From: Candidatus Eremiobacteria bacterium
GTDB taxonomy: Bacteria > Vulcanimicrobiota > Vulcanimicrobiia > Vulcanimicrobiales > Vulcanimicrobiaceae
DNA length: 64,000 bases
Reading direction: 5' to 3'
Assembly: GCA_963758295.1 (NCBI GenBank)
Contig: CAVWUU010000001.1
Location: 672,001 to 736,000 of the forward strand
In this document: piece by piece, positions 51,101 through 59,855 of the stretch
How the letters are laid out: every line of letters starts with the position of its first letter
How positions within the stretch are numbered: position 1 is the first letter of the stretch
The notes under the pieces: model-generated
The model's database searches: none
The model's input: only the letters and a program-made list of their open reading frames with translations
What the model was told of the DNA's origin: nothing
Translations under genes and position numbers: made by a program

Positions 51101-51406
51101 TTAGATATTGAAGTTCGAGCGGATCTCGTTGATGCGCTGCTGCACCATGCCGCGCACCTGCGTGTGCAGGCGCTCTTTCTGATCTTCGGGGAGCCGGCGG
51201 TACACGAAGTATCCGGCGGCCGAAACGAGTCCGCCCAGAACGCCGACTAAGAGCGCTTTGCCGACTTCGTTTTCCTCTTGGCTTTCGCTCGGGGGTTCCG
51301 ATCCGAACGCGCTTTGGTATCCGCTGCCGGATTGACTTGTGCCGGACCACGGTTGTTCCGGGGTGGTTCGGAAACTGTCGGACATGCGTGCCTCCTGTTC
51401 GGTCAT
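51101..51406 (-). CDS. small single-TM hypothetical protein (start 51406 or 51385)
   Basis: Disordered N-terminus, Gly-rich TM, coiled tail; SD GGAGG before second Met. Confidence 0.75.
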   Translation of the reverse strand: MTEQEARMSDSFRTTPEQPWSGTSQSGSGYQSAFGSEPPSESQEENEVGKALLVGVLGGLVSAAGYFVYRRLPEDQKERLHTQVRGMVQQRINEIRSNFNI

Positions 51407-51416
51407 GACGGTTATA

Positions 51417-51749
51417 TTACCCGATTTCGCTGGCTTGGGTTACAGCGACGTGGCCGGGATACTGTCTTGCGATTTGTTCTACGGAGAGCTCGGCGGTGGC
51501 CACTATAGCCTTAACCGCGGCATCGTCGCGCGACGCCTCCGGGATGGTCATGCGAAGCTCGCCGGATGATTGGAGCGCGCCGGCGTCGATTTTGGCATAC
51601 GCTTCGAGACCGAGGCGCGCCGCTTGCAAAATCGCGGAAACGGCTGCGCAGACGATGTCTTCGCCATATTCGCCGGCGTTTGCATGGCCGGAAGCAAAAA
51701 TCGAGGACAGCCGTTGCCGGCTGTCCCGATTGAAAGTAACCGTAAGCAT
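51417..51749 (-). CDS. prp: ribosomal-processing cysteine protease Prp
   Basis: SGHA and DIVCAAVS catalytic motifs; follows rplU. Confidence 0.9.
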   Translation of the reverse strand: MLTVTFNRDSRQRLSSIFASGHANAGEYGEDIVCAAVSAILQAARLGLEAYAKIDAGALQSSGELRMTIPEASRDDAAVKAIVATAELSVEQIARQYPGHVAVTQASEIG

Positions 51750-51766
51750 TCGGCTGGAGCCGAAGC

Positions 51767-52078
51767 TTAAAGGCTGATCTTGGTGATCTTGACTTCGGCG
51801 AAGCGCTGACGGTGGCCGTTCAGCTTACGAACGCGCTTCTTCGGCTTGTAGCGGAAGACGAGAATCTTCTTGTCTTTCGCCTGGCGGAGAACCGTTCCGG
51901 TAACCGAAGCGCCGTCGAGCACCGGCGAACCGACTTTCACATCGCTTCCCGTGCTGCCGAGGATCACTTTATCAAAGGTAACGTCGGTGCCGACTTCGCT
52001 CTCGAGCAAGTCGGTGCGAATGATGTCACCCTCGGCGACTTTGAACTGCTTGCCGCCGGTTTCGATGATCGCGTACAT
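51767..52078 (-). CDS. rplU: 50S ribosomal protein L21
   Basis: MYAIIETGGKQ, GHRQ. Confidence 0.97.
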   Translation of the reverse strand: MYAIIETGGKQFKVAEGDIIRTDLLESEVGTDVTFDKVILGSTGSDVKVGSPVLDGASVTGTVLRQAKDKKILVFRYKPKKRVRKLNGHRQRFAEVKITKISL

Positions 52079-52087
52079 AACTGCGAT

Positions 52088-52117
52088 ACGATACCAGGCG
52101 TGCCGGGGCGGTGTCAA
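52088..52117 (-). promoter_or_regulatory. sigma70 promoter TTGACA-N18-TATCGT for rplU
   Basis: Perfect -35 and extended -10; 9 nt before ATG. Confidence 0.7.
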
Positions 52118-52143
52118 CGGCGCTTCCCTCACATTCAAGGAGC

Positions 52144-52195
52144 TTGACAAACGTCCGAAGATCGCTATGCTGTAGATGAGTCTAAAACATAGACT
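52144..52195 (+). promoter_or_regulatory. sigma70 promoter TTGACA-N16-TATGCT plus operator palindrome AGTCTA-N5-TAGACT
   Basis: Palindrome 52179-52195 just downstream of -10; operon encodes a winged-helix regulator. Confidence 0.65.
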
Positions 52196-52222
52196 AGTCT
52201 AGATTGCGAAAGGCGGTCCCCC

Positions 52223-52790
52223 ATGAATGCCTCGGAAGCGCGAGACCACGTAGAAATGATCGAGAAAATCATCGCGGCCTCTTCCCAGAAGCTCGAAGCC
52301 GGCGGCGAATTCTTTCTCGTTTGGGGTCTAGTGGCCGGAACGCTGGATCTCATTGCGCAGCTCGTTCTAACCGGGCGGTTACCCGTTGCGGCGCAGTGGG
52401 GCTCGGCCGCCCTTCTTGTAGCCGGCATCGTTTTCTCGATCGTCCGGAGCCGGCAGCTTGCGCGGTGCGAAGTCCGCATGTCGTTGCTGCAGCGCGAGTT
52501 CCTCAACGTGATGACGCTGGCCCTTGGCATGGCGTTTGTCACCGACGCCATCGGCTTCAGACTCTTCCCGCAGTGGGCGGCGGCCGGCGGTCTGGAGCGT
52601 TATGACGGCGCTTGTGCTGCTCTATATCGGCATGCACGGAAATCGCCGCGCAACGATCGGCGGCGTCATCTTGATCTGCTCCATCGCGGCCGCGAACTTC
52701 ATGCCGCACTATACCGGCTACGTTTTGGCTGCCGGCATGTACTTAGGCTATGCCGGTTTCGGTGTCGCCGATCTGCTCGCGAGCCGATAG
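52223..52790 (+). CDS. membrane protein (frameshift near 52585)
   Basis: About six hydrophobic segments over two frames. Confidence 0.7.
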
Positions 52791-53074
52791 TGGACGACCT
52801 GCTGCTTTCCAAGATCCGTCTCGGCGTCGTCGCGGAATTGCTCAATTCGCAGTGGGTTTCGTTCAGTTCGCTCGTGCGCGCGTTGGAAACGACAAACGGC
52901 AATCTTGGCGCCCACCTCGCAAAGCTCGTCGATGCGGACTACGTAGAGGAAGATAAAACCTTCATCGACCGCCGTCCTCAATCGCGTTACCACCTTACAA
53001 CTAAAGGCCGCGACGCATTCGTCGCCCACGTACGGGAAATGCAAGCGCTGCTGGATTCGCAAGGAGCACCATGA
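52790..53074 (+). CDS. winged-helix transcriptional regulator (ArsR/MarR-like)
   Basis: IRLG, TNGNLGAHLAKL, KTFIDRRPQSRY, GRDAF. Confidence 0.85.
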   Translation: MDDLLLSKIRLGVVAELLNSQWVSFSSLVRALETTNGNLGAHLAKLVDADYVEEDKTFIDRRPQSRYHLTTKGRDAFVAHVREMQALLDSQGAP

Positions 53075-54069
53075 AAACGGTTTCAATCCTAGCATTTGTC
53101 CTCGCGATTGCCGCTACGGAAGCCGCATCGCCCGCGCAAACCGAACCTTCGCGTTCAACACCCCCCGCAAATTGCTCGCCGGTAACAACACCGTTCGTCG
53201 GAACGATTTGCGCACCGGCCGGCGATTCGGGAAAGCATCCTGCGATGATTCTTTTGGGAGGATCTGAAGGCGGCGATTCGCTTTCGCGCATCGCTCCGCT
53301 CTTTGCGTCGCACGGATACGTCGCCGCATCAGTTGCGTATTTCCGCGCGCCTGGTTTACCGCAAACGCTCGTGAACGTCCCCGTCGAAACGATCGAGGCC
53401 GCGATCGGTGCGCTTCAGAAGCGCTCTGATGTGAATGCAAACGAGATCGGTATCATGGGCGGTTCTAAAGGCGGCGAGTTGGCATTGCTTGCCGCTTCTA
53501 CGTATCCCCAGATAAAAGCCGTCGTAGCCGTGGTGCCTTCGCCGTTCGCTTACATGGGGCTCGGCGAATTCAACGCGCCGACCGGGTGTTCGTGGACGAA
53601 GGCCGGGAAGCCCTTACCCTGCGTGCCGCCCGATTCTAAGGCCGGCGTTCAGATCAGCGACGCTTTTCAAAAACATCAGCCGATCGTCCTCACGCCGTTT
53701 TACGATGCGTCCCGTAACGCCAATCCGCAAGTCACGGCAGACGCATTTTTTCCGCTGCAGAATATCGACGGTCCCGTTCTGTGTCTTTCCGGCGATGACG
53801 ACAAGATGTGGAACTCCGACGCACAGTGCGCGTTAACGATGCAATATTTGCAACAGCACCATCACAAGTACGCCGACGCACAAGTGGCGTATCCGAATGC
53901 CGGCCACACGTTTATCTCGGCCGTGCGCGGGCCGCAATCCGCCATTACATCGGTAAGTGCCGGACCCGTGACGATGGCTTTCGGCGGAACGCCCGAAGGC
54001 GACGTAGCAGCCGCCGCCGCGGCGTGGCCCAAGATCTGGACGTTTCTCGCAAGCGCGCTCAAGAGCTAA
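53071..54069 (+). CDS. secreted acyl-CoA thioesterase/BAAT-like alpha/beta hydrolase
   Basis: GGSEGG, GSKGGELAL, DDKMW, YPNAGH. Confidence 0.85.
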   Translation: MKTVSILAFVLAIAATEAASPAQTEPSRSTPPANCSPVTTPFVGTICAPAGDSGKHPAMILLGGSEGGDSLSRIAPLFASHGYVAASVAYFRAPGLPQTLVNVPVETIEAAIGALQKRSDVNANEIGIMGGSKGGELALLAASTYPQIKAVVAVVPSPFAYMGLGEFNAPTGCSWTKAGKPLPCVPPDSKAGVQISDAFQKHQPIVLTPFYDASRNANPQVTADAFFPLQNIDGPVLCLSGDDDKMWNSDAQCALTMQYLQQHHHKYADAQVAYPNAGHTFISAVRGPQSAITSVSAGPVTMAFGGTPEGDVAAAAAAWPKIWTFLASALKS

Positions 54070-55211
54070 CTCCGAGCTTTCCACCCAAGCGCGACAGCGG
54101 CCGCAGACGCGACGGCGCAAAGCAAGCCTAACATCCTGCCGTTGCTTCCGACCAGAACGGCGCCCGCTGCAGGACCGGCGATCATCGCAACGCTGTTGAT
54201 CGAATCGCTCAGTCCCATTAGGGCGCCGCGCTCGTCTTCCTTGGCGCGTTTTGAAAGCAGCGTCGTCAGCGACGGCTCCGCCGTCGCCGCGCCGATCGCC
54301 CATATCGCGAGCGCCAAGAAGAAGACCCAAGGTCGCGATGCAAATGCGAACAGTGCGTAGGCGATGAAGTCCAGGCCGATCCCGAGTTGTGACACCAACT
54401 GGTCGCCGAAGCGCTTCGCAAGCGGCGTCACGAGGAGAAGAAGCCCGGCGCCCCCGATTGCGCCCGCTACAGCGAGCGCGTATGACGCATGCGGGGCATC
54501 GAGTCGCACCGCGCGTTCGGAGTACAGCGCGAAATTTGCCAAGAAGCACACAACGGCAAAAATGAAAAGGAACTGGCGAATGAAGACTCGGCGTACGCCC
54601 GGAGCGCAGGCCGAGCGCACCGTTGCGATCACGCTGGTCCGCCGCCTTTGCGCGCTCTGCCGCTTCGGCAGAAAAGTCACGGTAAAAATGATGTTGAGCA
54701 GCTCCAGCAGTGCCGCGGCGACGAACGGAACGGCGATGCCGTAATGCATTAGCGCGCCCGACATCGGGGGCCCGATCATGAATGCAATGCCGAAAATGGC
54801 GCCGTAAAACGAGTAAGCGCGTTCACGCTGCGTGTCTTGCGTGACGTCGGCAATGTAAGACTCCACGGCACCGAGACTGCCTCCACCCAATCCCGAGATC
54901 ATGCGCGAAAGCAGAATGAGCCCAATGGAGTGCGCGCCTGCGAGTAAGGCATAGCCCGCAAGCGAAAACACCTGCGCGGCAATGATGATCGGCTTGCGGC
55001 CGGTACGATCGCTGACCTTTCCCCAAATTGGAGCGGCGATCGCGGAGCAGAACGCCGGAATGCTGAGCAGCGCGCCGCCGGCAACGTCGTTCGCGTGATA
55101 CTGATGTACGAGCGCCGGAATCAGCGGAATCATCAGTGTGTAACCGAGCGTATCCGCAAACGTCGTTCCGTAGATCGGAATTAAGGCGCGCGCAACCTTG
55201 CGGTTCTCCAC
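54066..55211 (-). CDS. MFS transporter (TetA/DHA1-like)
   Basis: GKVSDRTGRKP motif A, AYIAD-like motif, 12 TM. Confidence 0.9.
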   Translation of the reverse strand: MENRKVARALIPIYGTTFADTLGYTLMIPLIPALVHQYHANDVAGGALLSIPAFCSAIAAPIWGKVSDRTGRKPIIIAAQVFSLAGYALLAGAHSIGLILLSRMISGLGGGSLGAVESYIADVTQDTQRERAYSFYGAIFGIAFMIGPPMSGALMHYGIAVPFVAAALLELLNIIFTVTFLPKRQSAQRRRTSVIATVRSACAPGVRRVFIRQFLFIFAVVCFLANFALYSERAVRLDAPHASYALAVAGAIGGAGLLLLVTPLAKRFGDQLVSQLGIGLDFIAYALFAFASRPWVFFLALAIWAIGAATAEPSLTTLLSKRAKEDERGALMGLSDSINSVAMIAGPAAGAVLVGSNGRMLGLLCAVASAAAVALGWKARS

Positions 55212-55235
55212 GCGCCCATCGTACCCAAACGCGCC

Positions 55236-57318
55236 TTACGGCCGAAGCGTTTGCACGACTGCCGTTGCGCGAGCGACCGCGGCATCCGAGAATGGAAGGG
55301 CAAGGAGCGCGCCGCGTTCCCAGTCGGCCGCTTCGTCGGTGTAATGCGGCGATCCGGGCTCCCCCGATTCACCTTGCGGAATGATGATGCCGCCGGCATC
55401 CCAATTGCCCACATCCCATACGGCTCGGAAACTTTCGGAAAAGCCGCTGTTCTGAACGTGCACCGTATACGCGTCGCCGTCGCCCTTAAACGTCGTGCCG
55501 TTCAAGAACGAAATGCCGAGCGCGCTAAGCGGGTGCTTCACCAGCACGGCGCCCGCGACACCCCAGGGTTGCGGAGACGAAGGAACTTTTAGCGAGGCAA
55601 TCGCCGCGCGGCCGGAGCGCGCGCTCAGAATGCCGCTTTGAATGTCCCCGTGCCGGCGCACCAGCTCCCGACGAATCGTGAACGCGGCGGTTGCATCGGT
55701 GGAATTGGCCGTGAAGCGGCCGTCCCAGGCGCGCAACGCATCGAAGTATCCCGCAAGTTCGCGTTCCGGAATCGATAGAACGTCCATCTGCATGGATTGG
55801 AAGTAGGCTACGTCGTACTTCGTGCTCGCGCGCAGCAGCGTGGCGATGCGATACGCGCGGTAGGGCGGTGCGAATTGCGGGCTCAATTGATATGGATACC
55901 CGGGACCATACATCTTGTTGTTCGCCGTCCACACGACAGCGTCGCGCGAGGGCGCCACGTCCGGCAACGCATCGAACGGTAAGGGCGCATACTCCTTGTC
56001 GAGTTCTGCCGCAGGATGAATCCAACGCGCCCATGCGGGGTCGTTCGGAATCGTGCCGGCGAGATGGTACGTTGCCCGGCCGCTTGTGTCGGCCAGCACA
56101 AAGTTTTGCGTCGGCCCGGGATACGCCCGCAGCGCCCGAAGGCCGTCTTCGATCGATGCAGCGCGATCGAGTGCGTTAAAGGCAACTAACGGTGAAATGG
56201 GCTTTGTGTAAGCCTGCCATTTCACGAGCAGAAACTTGTGGCCCGGCGTTTCGGCGCCGAACATCATGGGAGCGCGATAGTAACGTTTCGCCGACGTACC
56301 GCCGAAACGCACGCCGAACGATTCTGTTTGCCAATAGCGCTTGTCAAGGATATCGGGATTCGCCGCGAACACGGAAAGCGACGCGACGGTGCCGTTCGTC
56401 GCGCCCCATGCAATGCGATCGTTGTGCCCAAGAATCACGCCCGGCGTTCCGGCAAGCGCAGCACCGGCAGCGTGATATCCGGGAGCTTGCAAATCCACCA
56501 GATACCACACTCCCGGAATTTGAATGCGTAGATGTGGATCGTTTGCCAGAAGTGCGCGTCCGGTTATGGTGTGTGAAGCGCCGGCTGCCCATTCGTTGCT
56601 GCCGATCGGTGCTCGCTCGTGCAGAACCTCATCGAGAAATGCCGCGGTCTTCGTTGCGCAGCTGTGCCCGGCGGCGATCTTTGCGAGCCCGCTCGTGACC
56701 GGCGCATCGTAGCAGGGGTCGCTAAGCGGAAGCTGTTTCCCGTTGCGGCCGGCGATATCGTCCCACGTATCGGTAAGATCGAGAACCGTCGCAAAGCCGA
56801 CCGCAAGGGAGTCTTCGGGGCGTCCACGGTTTCGGCTGGTACATCAGAATGCGAAACTCGACCGGACGCGGTTCCCGCTGCATCGCCGCGTTTACGCCGC
56901 CGGCGAAGGCTTGAAGCAGCGCACGCTCGTGCGGAGCGAGCGCGTTATATTCTTTGGCAACCACTTGCGCTACCGGAACGACGCGCGCGTCCTCATCGTT
57001 GCTCAACGCCGCGCTACCCAACACTTCGGCCAGCTGCCCGTACACGAAGCGGCGGAGCAGATCGAGTTGAAAAAGCCGGTCGGCACCTTCGACATAGCCG
57101 TCCGCGAAGAATAAGTCGTGTTCGTTTTGCGCGCGGATGTGCGGAATGCCGCGTGCGTCTCGCCGGATTTCGACCGGAGCCTGGAGCGAAAGGCCCGCGA
57201 TACTTCCTTTGGATGCGGAAACCGCGCGCATTCCCAGCGCCACGTTGACCGCGAAGGCGGCAACGGCAACTACGGCGCTCAACACCACGATGGCGGCGAA
57301 TCTATAGACCGCTTTCAT
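55236..57318 (-). CDS. penicillin acylase family Ntn-hydrolase (frameshifts near 56820 and 56525)
   Basis: RDARGIPHI, DRLFQ, GSNEW, LANDPHL, GESG..SPHY. Confidence 0.88.
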
Positions 57319-57320
57319 TG

Positions 57321-57626
57321 CTACGCCTCGACGAAGAGGTCGTCGCCGGCGGTGCGAACGGGGAACGTCATCACCGGCATTACGGCCGGCAGCGTAATTG
57401 CCTCACCGGTCGTCACGTCGAACTGCGCGCCGTGTCGCGGGCAAGTGACGCACTTATCTTCGAGCGTTCCTTGATCGAGCGGCGCTCCGTCATGCGTGCA
57501 AACGTCTTCGATGGCGTAAATTTCGCCGTGCACGTTACATAACAGGATGTCTATGCCTTCGACGTTTACGGTTTTGGCGCAGCCCGGTTGGATCTCCGAA
57601 ACTTGGCCGACGCGATACTCTCCCAC
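57321..57626 (-). CDS. Rieske-type [2Fe-2S] ferredoxin
   Basis: CTH...CPRH ligands. Confidence 0.92.
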   Translation of the reverse strand: MGEYRVGQVSEIQPGCAKTVNVEGIDILLCNVHGEIYAIEDVCTHDGAPLDQGTLEDKCVTCPRHGAQFDVTTGEAITLPAVMPVMTFPVRTAGDDLFVEA

Positions 57627-57629
57627 GCG

Positions 57630-58169
57630 TTACGTTCCTACTTTATGACAAGGCTGCATTTTGGCAGCATCGCCGACTGCTACGACGTGAAAATTGAATC
57701 CTGGGCCGATCGTTACGTTGCGGCCGTTGCGAACTTCGTTGACTGCTGTGCGGATCAAACCCGCAATTGGAATATAGCCCGTGGCTTTCTCCGCAATGGA
57801 CGTCGCCGGCGCCCATAACGAGGTTTCACGTGGATCCGCCATCACTTGGATGTGCGTCTTGCCTGAAACGACTTCGCGCATTTCCAGCACGAGCGAACCG
57901 TTGCGATTTCGATTGCTGGCCGCCGATGCTTCGCGAACGAAGCCATAGCCGATGGTGCCCGTTTTGACGAGGTGACCGCCGATGTTCGAGGGTTGCGTGA
58001 TCCTGAATCGGAAGGGCATTCCCGGATACGCCGTTGCCGAATCGACCTTGTCGATCATGGTGGCCGGGATCCCGGCTTCGCAGACCAGCGTCCAGGCCCG
58101 CGCGGGCTGTGCCGGTAGGGTAAGAAATCCCGCCAGCATCAGAACGGCCGGCACGACGCGCAATCTCAT
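57630..58169 (-). CDS. secreted hypothetical protein
   Basis: Signal peptide ending ARA; beta-rich sequence. Confidence 0.7.
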   Translation of the reverse strand: MRLRVVPAVLMLAGFLTLPAQPARAWTLVCEAGIPATMIDKVDSATAYPGMPFRFRITQPSNIGGHLVKTGTIGYGFVREASAASNRNRNGSLVLEMREVVSGKTHIQVMADPRETSLWAPATSIAEKATGYIPIAGLIRTAVNEVRNGRNVTIGPGFNFHVVAVGDAAKMQPCHKVGT

Positions 58170-58194
58170 GTGCGGCGATTCTACCGCAGAAAAC

Positions 58195-58219
58195 GAAAAC
58201 CCGCGCAAGGCGGGTTTTC
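58195..58219 (-). terminator. intrinsic terminator after sufB
   Basis: GAAAACCCGC/GCGGGTTTTC stem with U-rich tail on the minus strand. Confidence 0.7.
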
Positions 58220-58243
58220 AAGGCAGGTTCGGATTCGGGGCGC

Positions 58244-59662
58244 TTAGCCGACGGAGCCTTCCATTTCCATCTTGACCAGCCGGTTCAGCTCGACCGCGTA
58301 TTCCATCGGCAGCTCTTTGACGAAGAAATCGAAGAAGCCGTTGACGATCATCGCCGTCGCGTCGGCTTCCGAAAGCCCGCGCGACATGGCGTAGAAGAGT
58401 TGCTCTTCGCCGATCTTCGAGACGCTGGCCTCGTGCTCGACCGTCGAACTTTGTTCGTGAATCTTCATCGTCGGCTTGGTGTCGCTTGACGAAACGTCGT
58501 CCATAATGAGCGCGTCGCATTTGACGCGCGTCTTTGCGCCGACGGCGCCGGGGAACACTTCCACGAGGCCGCGGTACGTCGTCTTGCCGCCGTGCGCGCT
58601 GACGCTCTTATTTGTTACGACCGACGTTGTGTTCGGGGCGGCGTGAATGACCTTCGCGCCGGCGTCTTGATGCTGGCCTTCGCCGGCAAATGCCATCGAA
58701 AGAATCTCACCACGGGCGCCTTCACCCATCAGGTAAATCGCCGGATACTTCATCGTAAGCTTGGAGCCGATGTTGCCGTCGACCCATTCCACCGTCGCGT
58801 TCTTTTGCGCGATCGCGCGTTTCGTCACGAGATTGTAGATGTTACGATACCAGTTCTGAATCGTCGTATACCGGATCGACGCGTCGTCGAGCGCGATGAG
58901 TTCCACAACCGCGCTGTGAAGCGAAGAGGTAGAAAACTTCGGCGCCGTGCAACCCTCGATGTAGTGCACTTTCGCGCCCTTGTCCGCGATGATGAGCGTG
59001 CGCTCGAACTGGCCCATGTTTTCGGCGTTGATGCGGAAATAGGCTTGGAGCGGCATCTTCACTTCGACGCCCGGCGGAACGTAGATAAACGAGCCACCCG
59101 ACCACACGGCCGAATTCAGCGCGGCAAACTTGTTATCGGCGGCCGGAATGATGGTCGCGAAATACTTCTGAACGATTTCCGGGTACTGCTTGACCGCCGT
59201 ATCCATGTCGCAGAACAGGACGCCTTGCGCCTCGAGTTCTTTGCTGACGTTGTGATAGACGACTTCGGATTCATACTGGGCCGAAACGCCGGCGAGGAAC
59301 TTGCGCTCCGCTTCGGGGATGCCCAAGCGGTCGAACGTGCGCTTGATGTCTTCCGGCACGTCGTCCCACGAGCGTTCGGTCTTGTCCGTCGACTTGACGA
59401 AGTAGTGGATGTCCGCAAAGTCGATCTGGCCGAGAAGTTCGGTGTCACCCCAAGCGGGCATGGGCTTATTAATGAAGAGCTCGTAGGCTTTGAGGCGGAA
59501 ATCCCGCATCCAAGCCGGCTCGTTCTTCATCGAGCTGATGCGCTCGACGATCTCCCGGGTCAGGCCCTTGTCGGACTTAAAGACGTACTTGCCCTCGGGG
59601 TCGTGGAACCCGTGGCGGTAGTCCTCGGAGATGATCGGAGTGGTCTGAACCTCGGTCGACAT
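58244..59662 (-). CDS. sufB: Fe-S cluster assembly protein SufB
   Basis: AQYESE, WSGGSF, GQFERT, EGCTAP, LHSAVVE, EHEA, ELPMEYA. Confidence 0.97.
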   Translation of the reverse strand: MSTEVQTTPIISEDYRHGFHDPEGKYVFKSDKGLTREIVERISSMKNEPAWMRDFRLKAYELFINKPMPAWGDTELLGQIDFADIHYFVKSTDKTERSWDDVPEDIKRTFDRLGIPEAERKFLAGVSAQYESEVVYHNVSKELEAQGVLFCDMDTAVKQYPEIVQKYFATIIPAADNKFAALNSAVWSGGSFIYVPPGVEVKMPLQAYFRINAENMGQFERTLIIADKGAKVHYIEGCTAPKFSTSSLHSAVVELIALDDASIRYTTIQNWYRNIYNLVTKRAIAQKNATVEWVDGNIGSKLTMKYPAIYLMGEGARGEILSMAFAGEGQHQDAGAKVIHAAPNTTSVVTNKSVSAHGGKTTYRGLVEVFPGAVGAKTRVKCDALIMDDVSSSDTKPTMKIHEQSSTVEHEASVSKIGEEQLFYAMSRGLSEADATAMIVNGFFDFFVKELPMEYAVELNRLVKMEMEGSVG

Positions 59663-59671
59663 GGCTCTATG

Positions 59672-59721
59672 AGGGTACCTTGGGACCCCGGCATAGTCAA
59701 GATAGTGAAGTCGAAACTTCA
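59672..59721 (-). promoter_or_regulatory. sufB promoter TTGACT-N17-TACCCT with adjacent palindrome TGAAGT-N4-ACTTCA
   Basis: Palindrome at 59706-59721, just upstream of the -35. Confidence 0.55.
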
Positions 59722-59757
59722 TTTTCTTTTAGTCCATCCCCGTGTGCCGCCGCAAGG

Positions 59758-59785
59758 GGTTTCGGGCAGACAAGGGATCGGGTAA
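59758..59785 (+). promoter_or_regulatory. SigB/SigF-type promoter GGTTT-N17-GGGTAA
   Basis: Matches actinobacterial SigF/SigB-type consensus; upstream of RsbU-like gene. Confidence 0.5.
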
Positions 59786-59855
59786 ACCTGCGTTCAGCGG
59801 TGCGGTGCGGCATCTGCTCCGCCCGTTCGTTTGGTCCCCATTGAAGCGAGGAACC

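Noticed and set aside
52223..53074. 283-aa membrane protein-HTH fusion in ORF track
   Set aside because: Artefact of one frameshift near 52585; two genes joined by TAG/GTG overlap at 52790
58592..59785. Long antisense ORFs (also 43083-44102, 20624-21607, 44297-45265) and same-strand alternate-frame ORFs (15447-16733, 38225-39475)
   Set aside because: Shadow frames of well-supported genes, expected in GC-rich DNA
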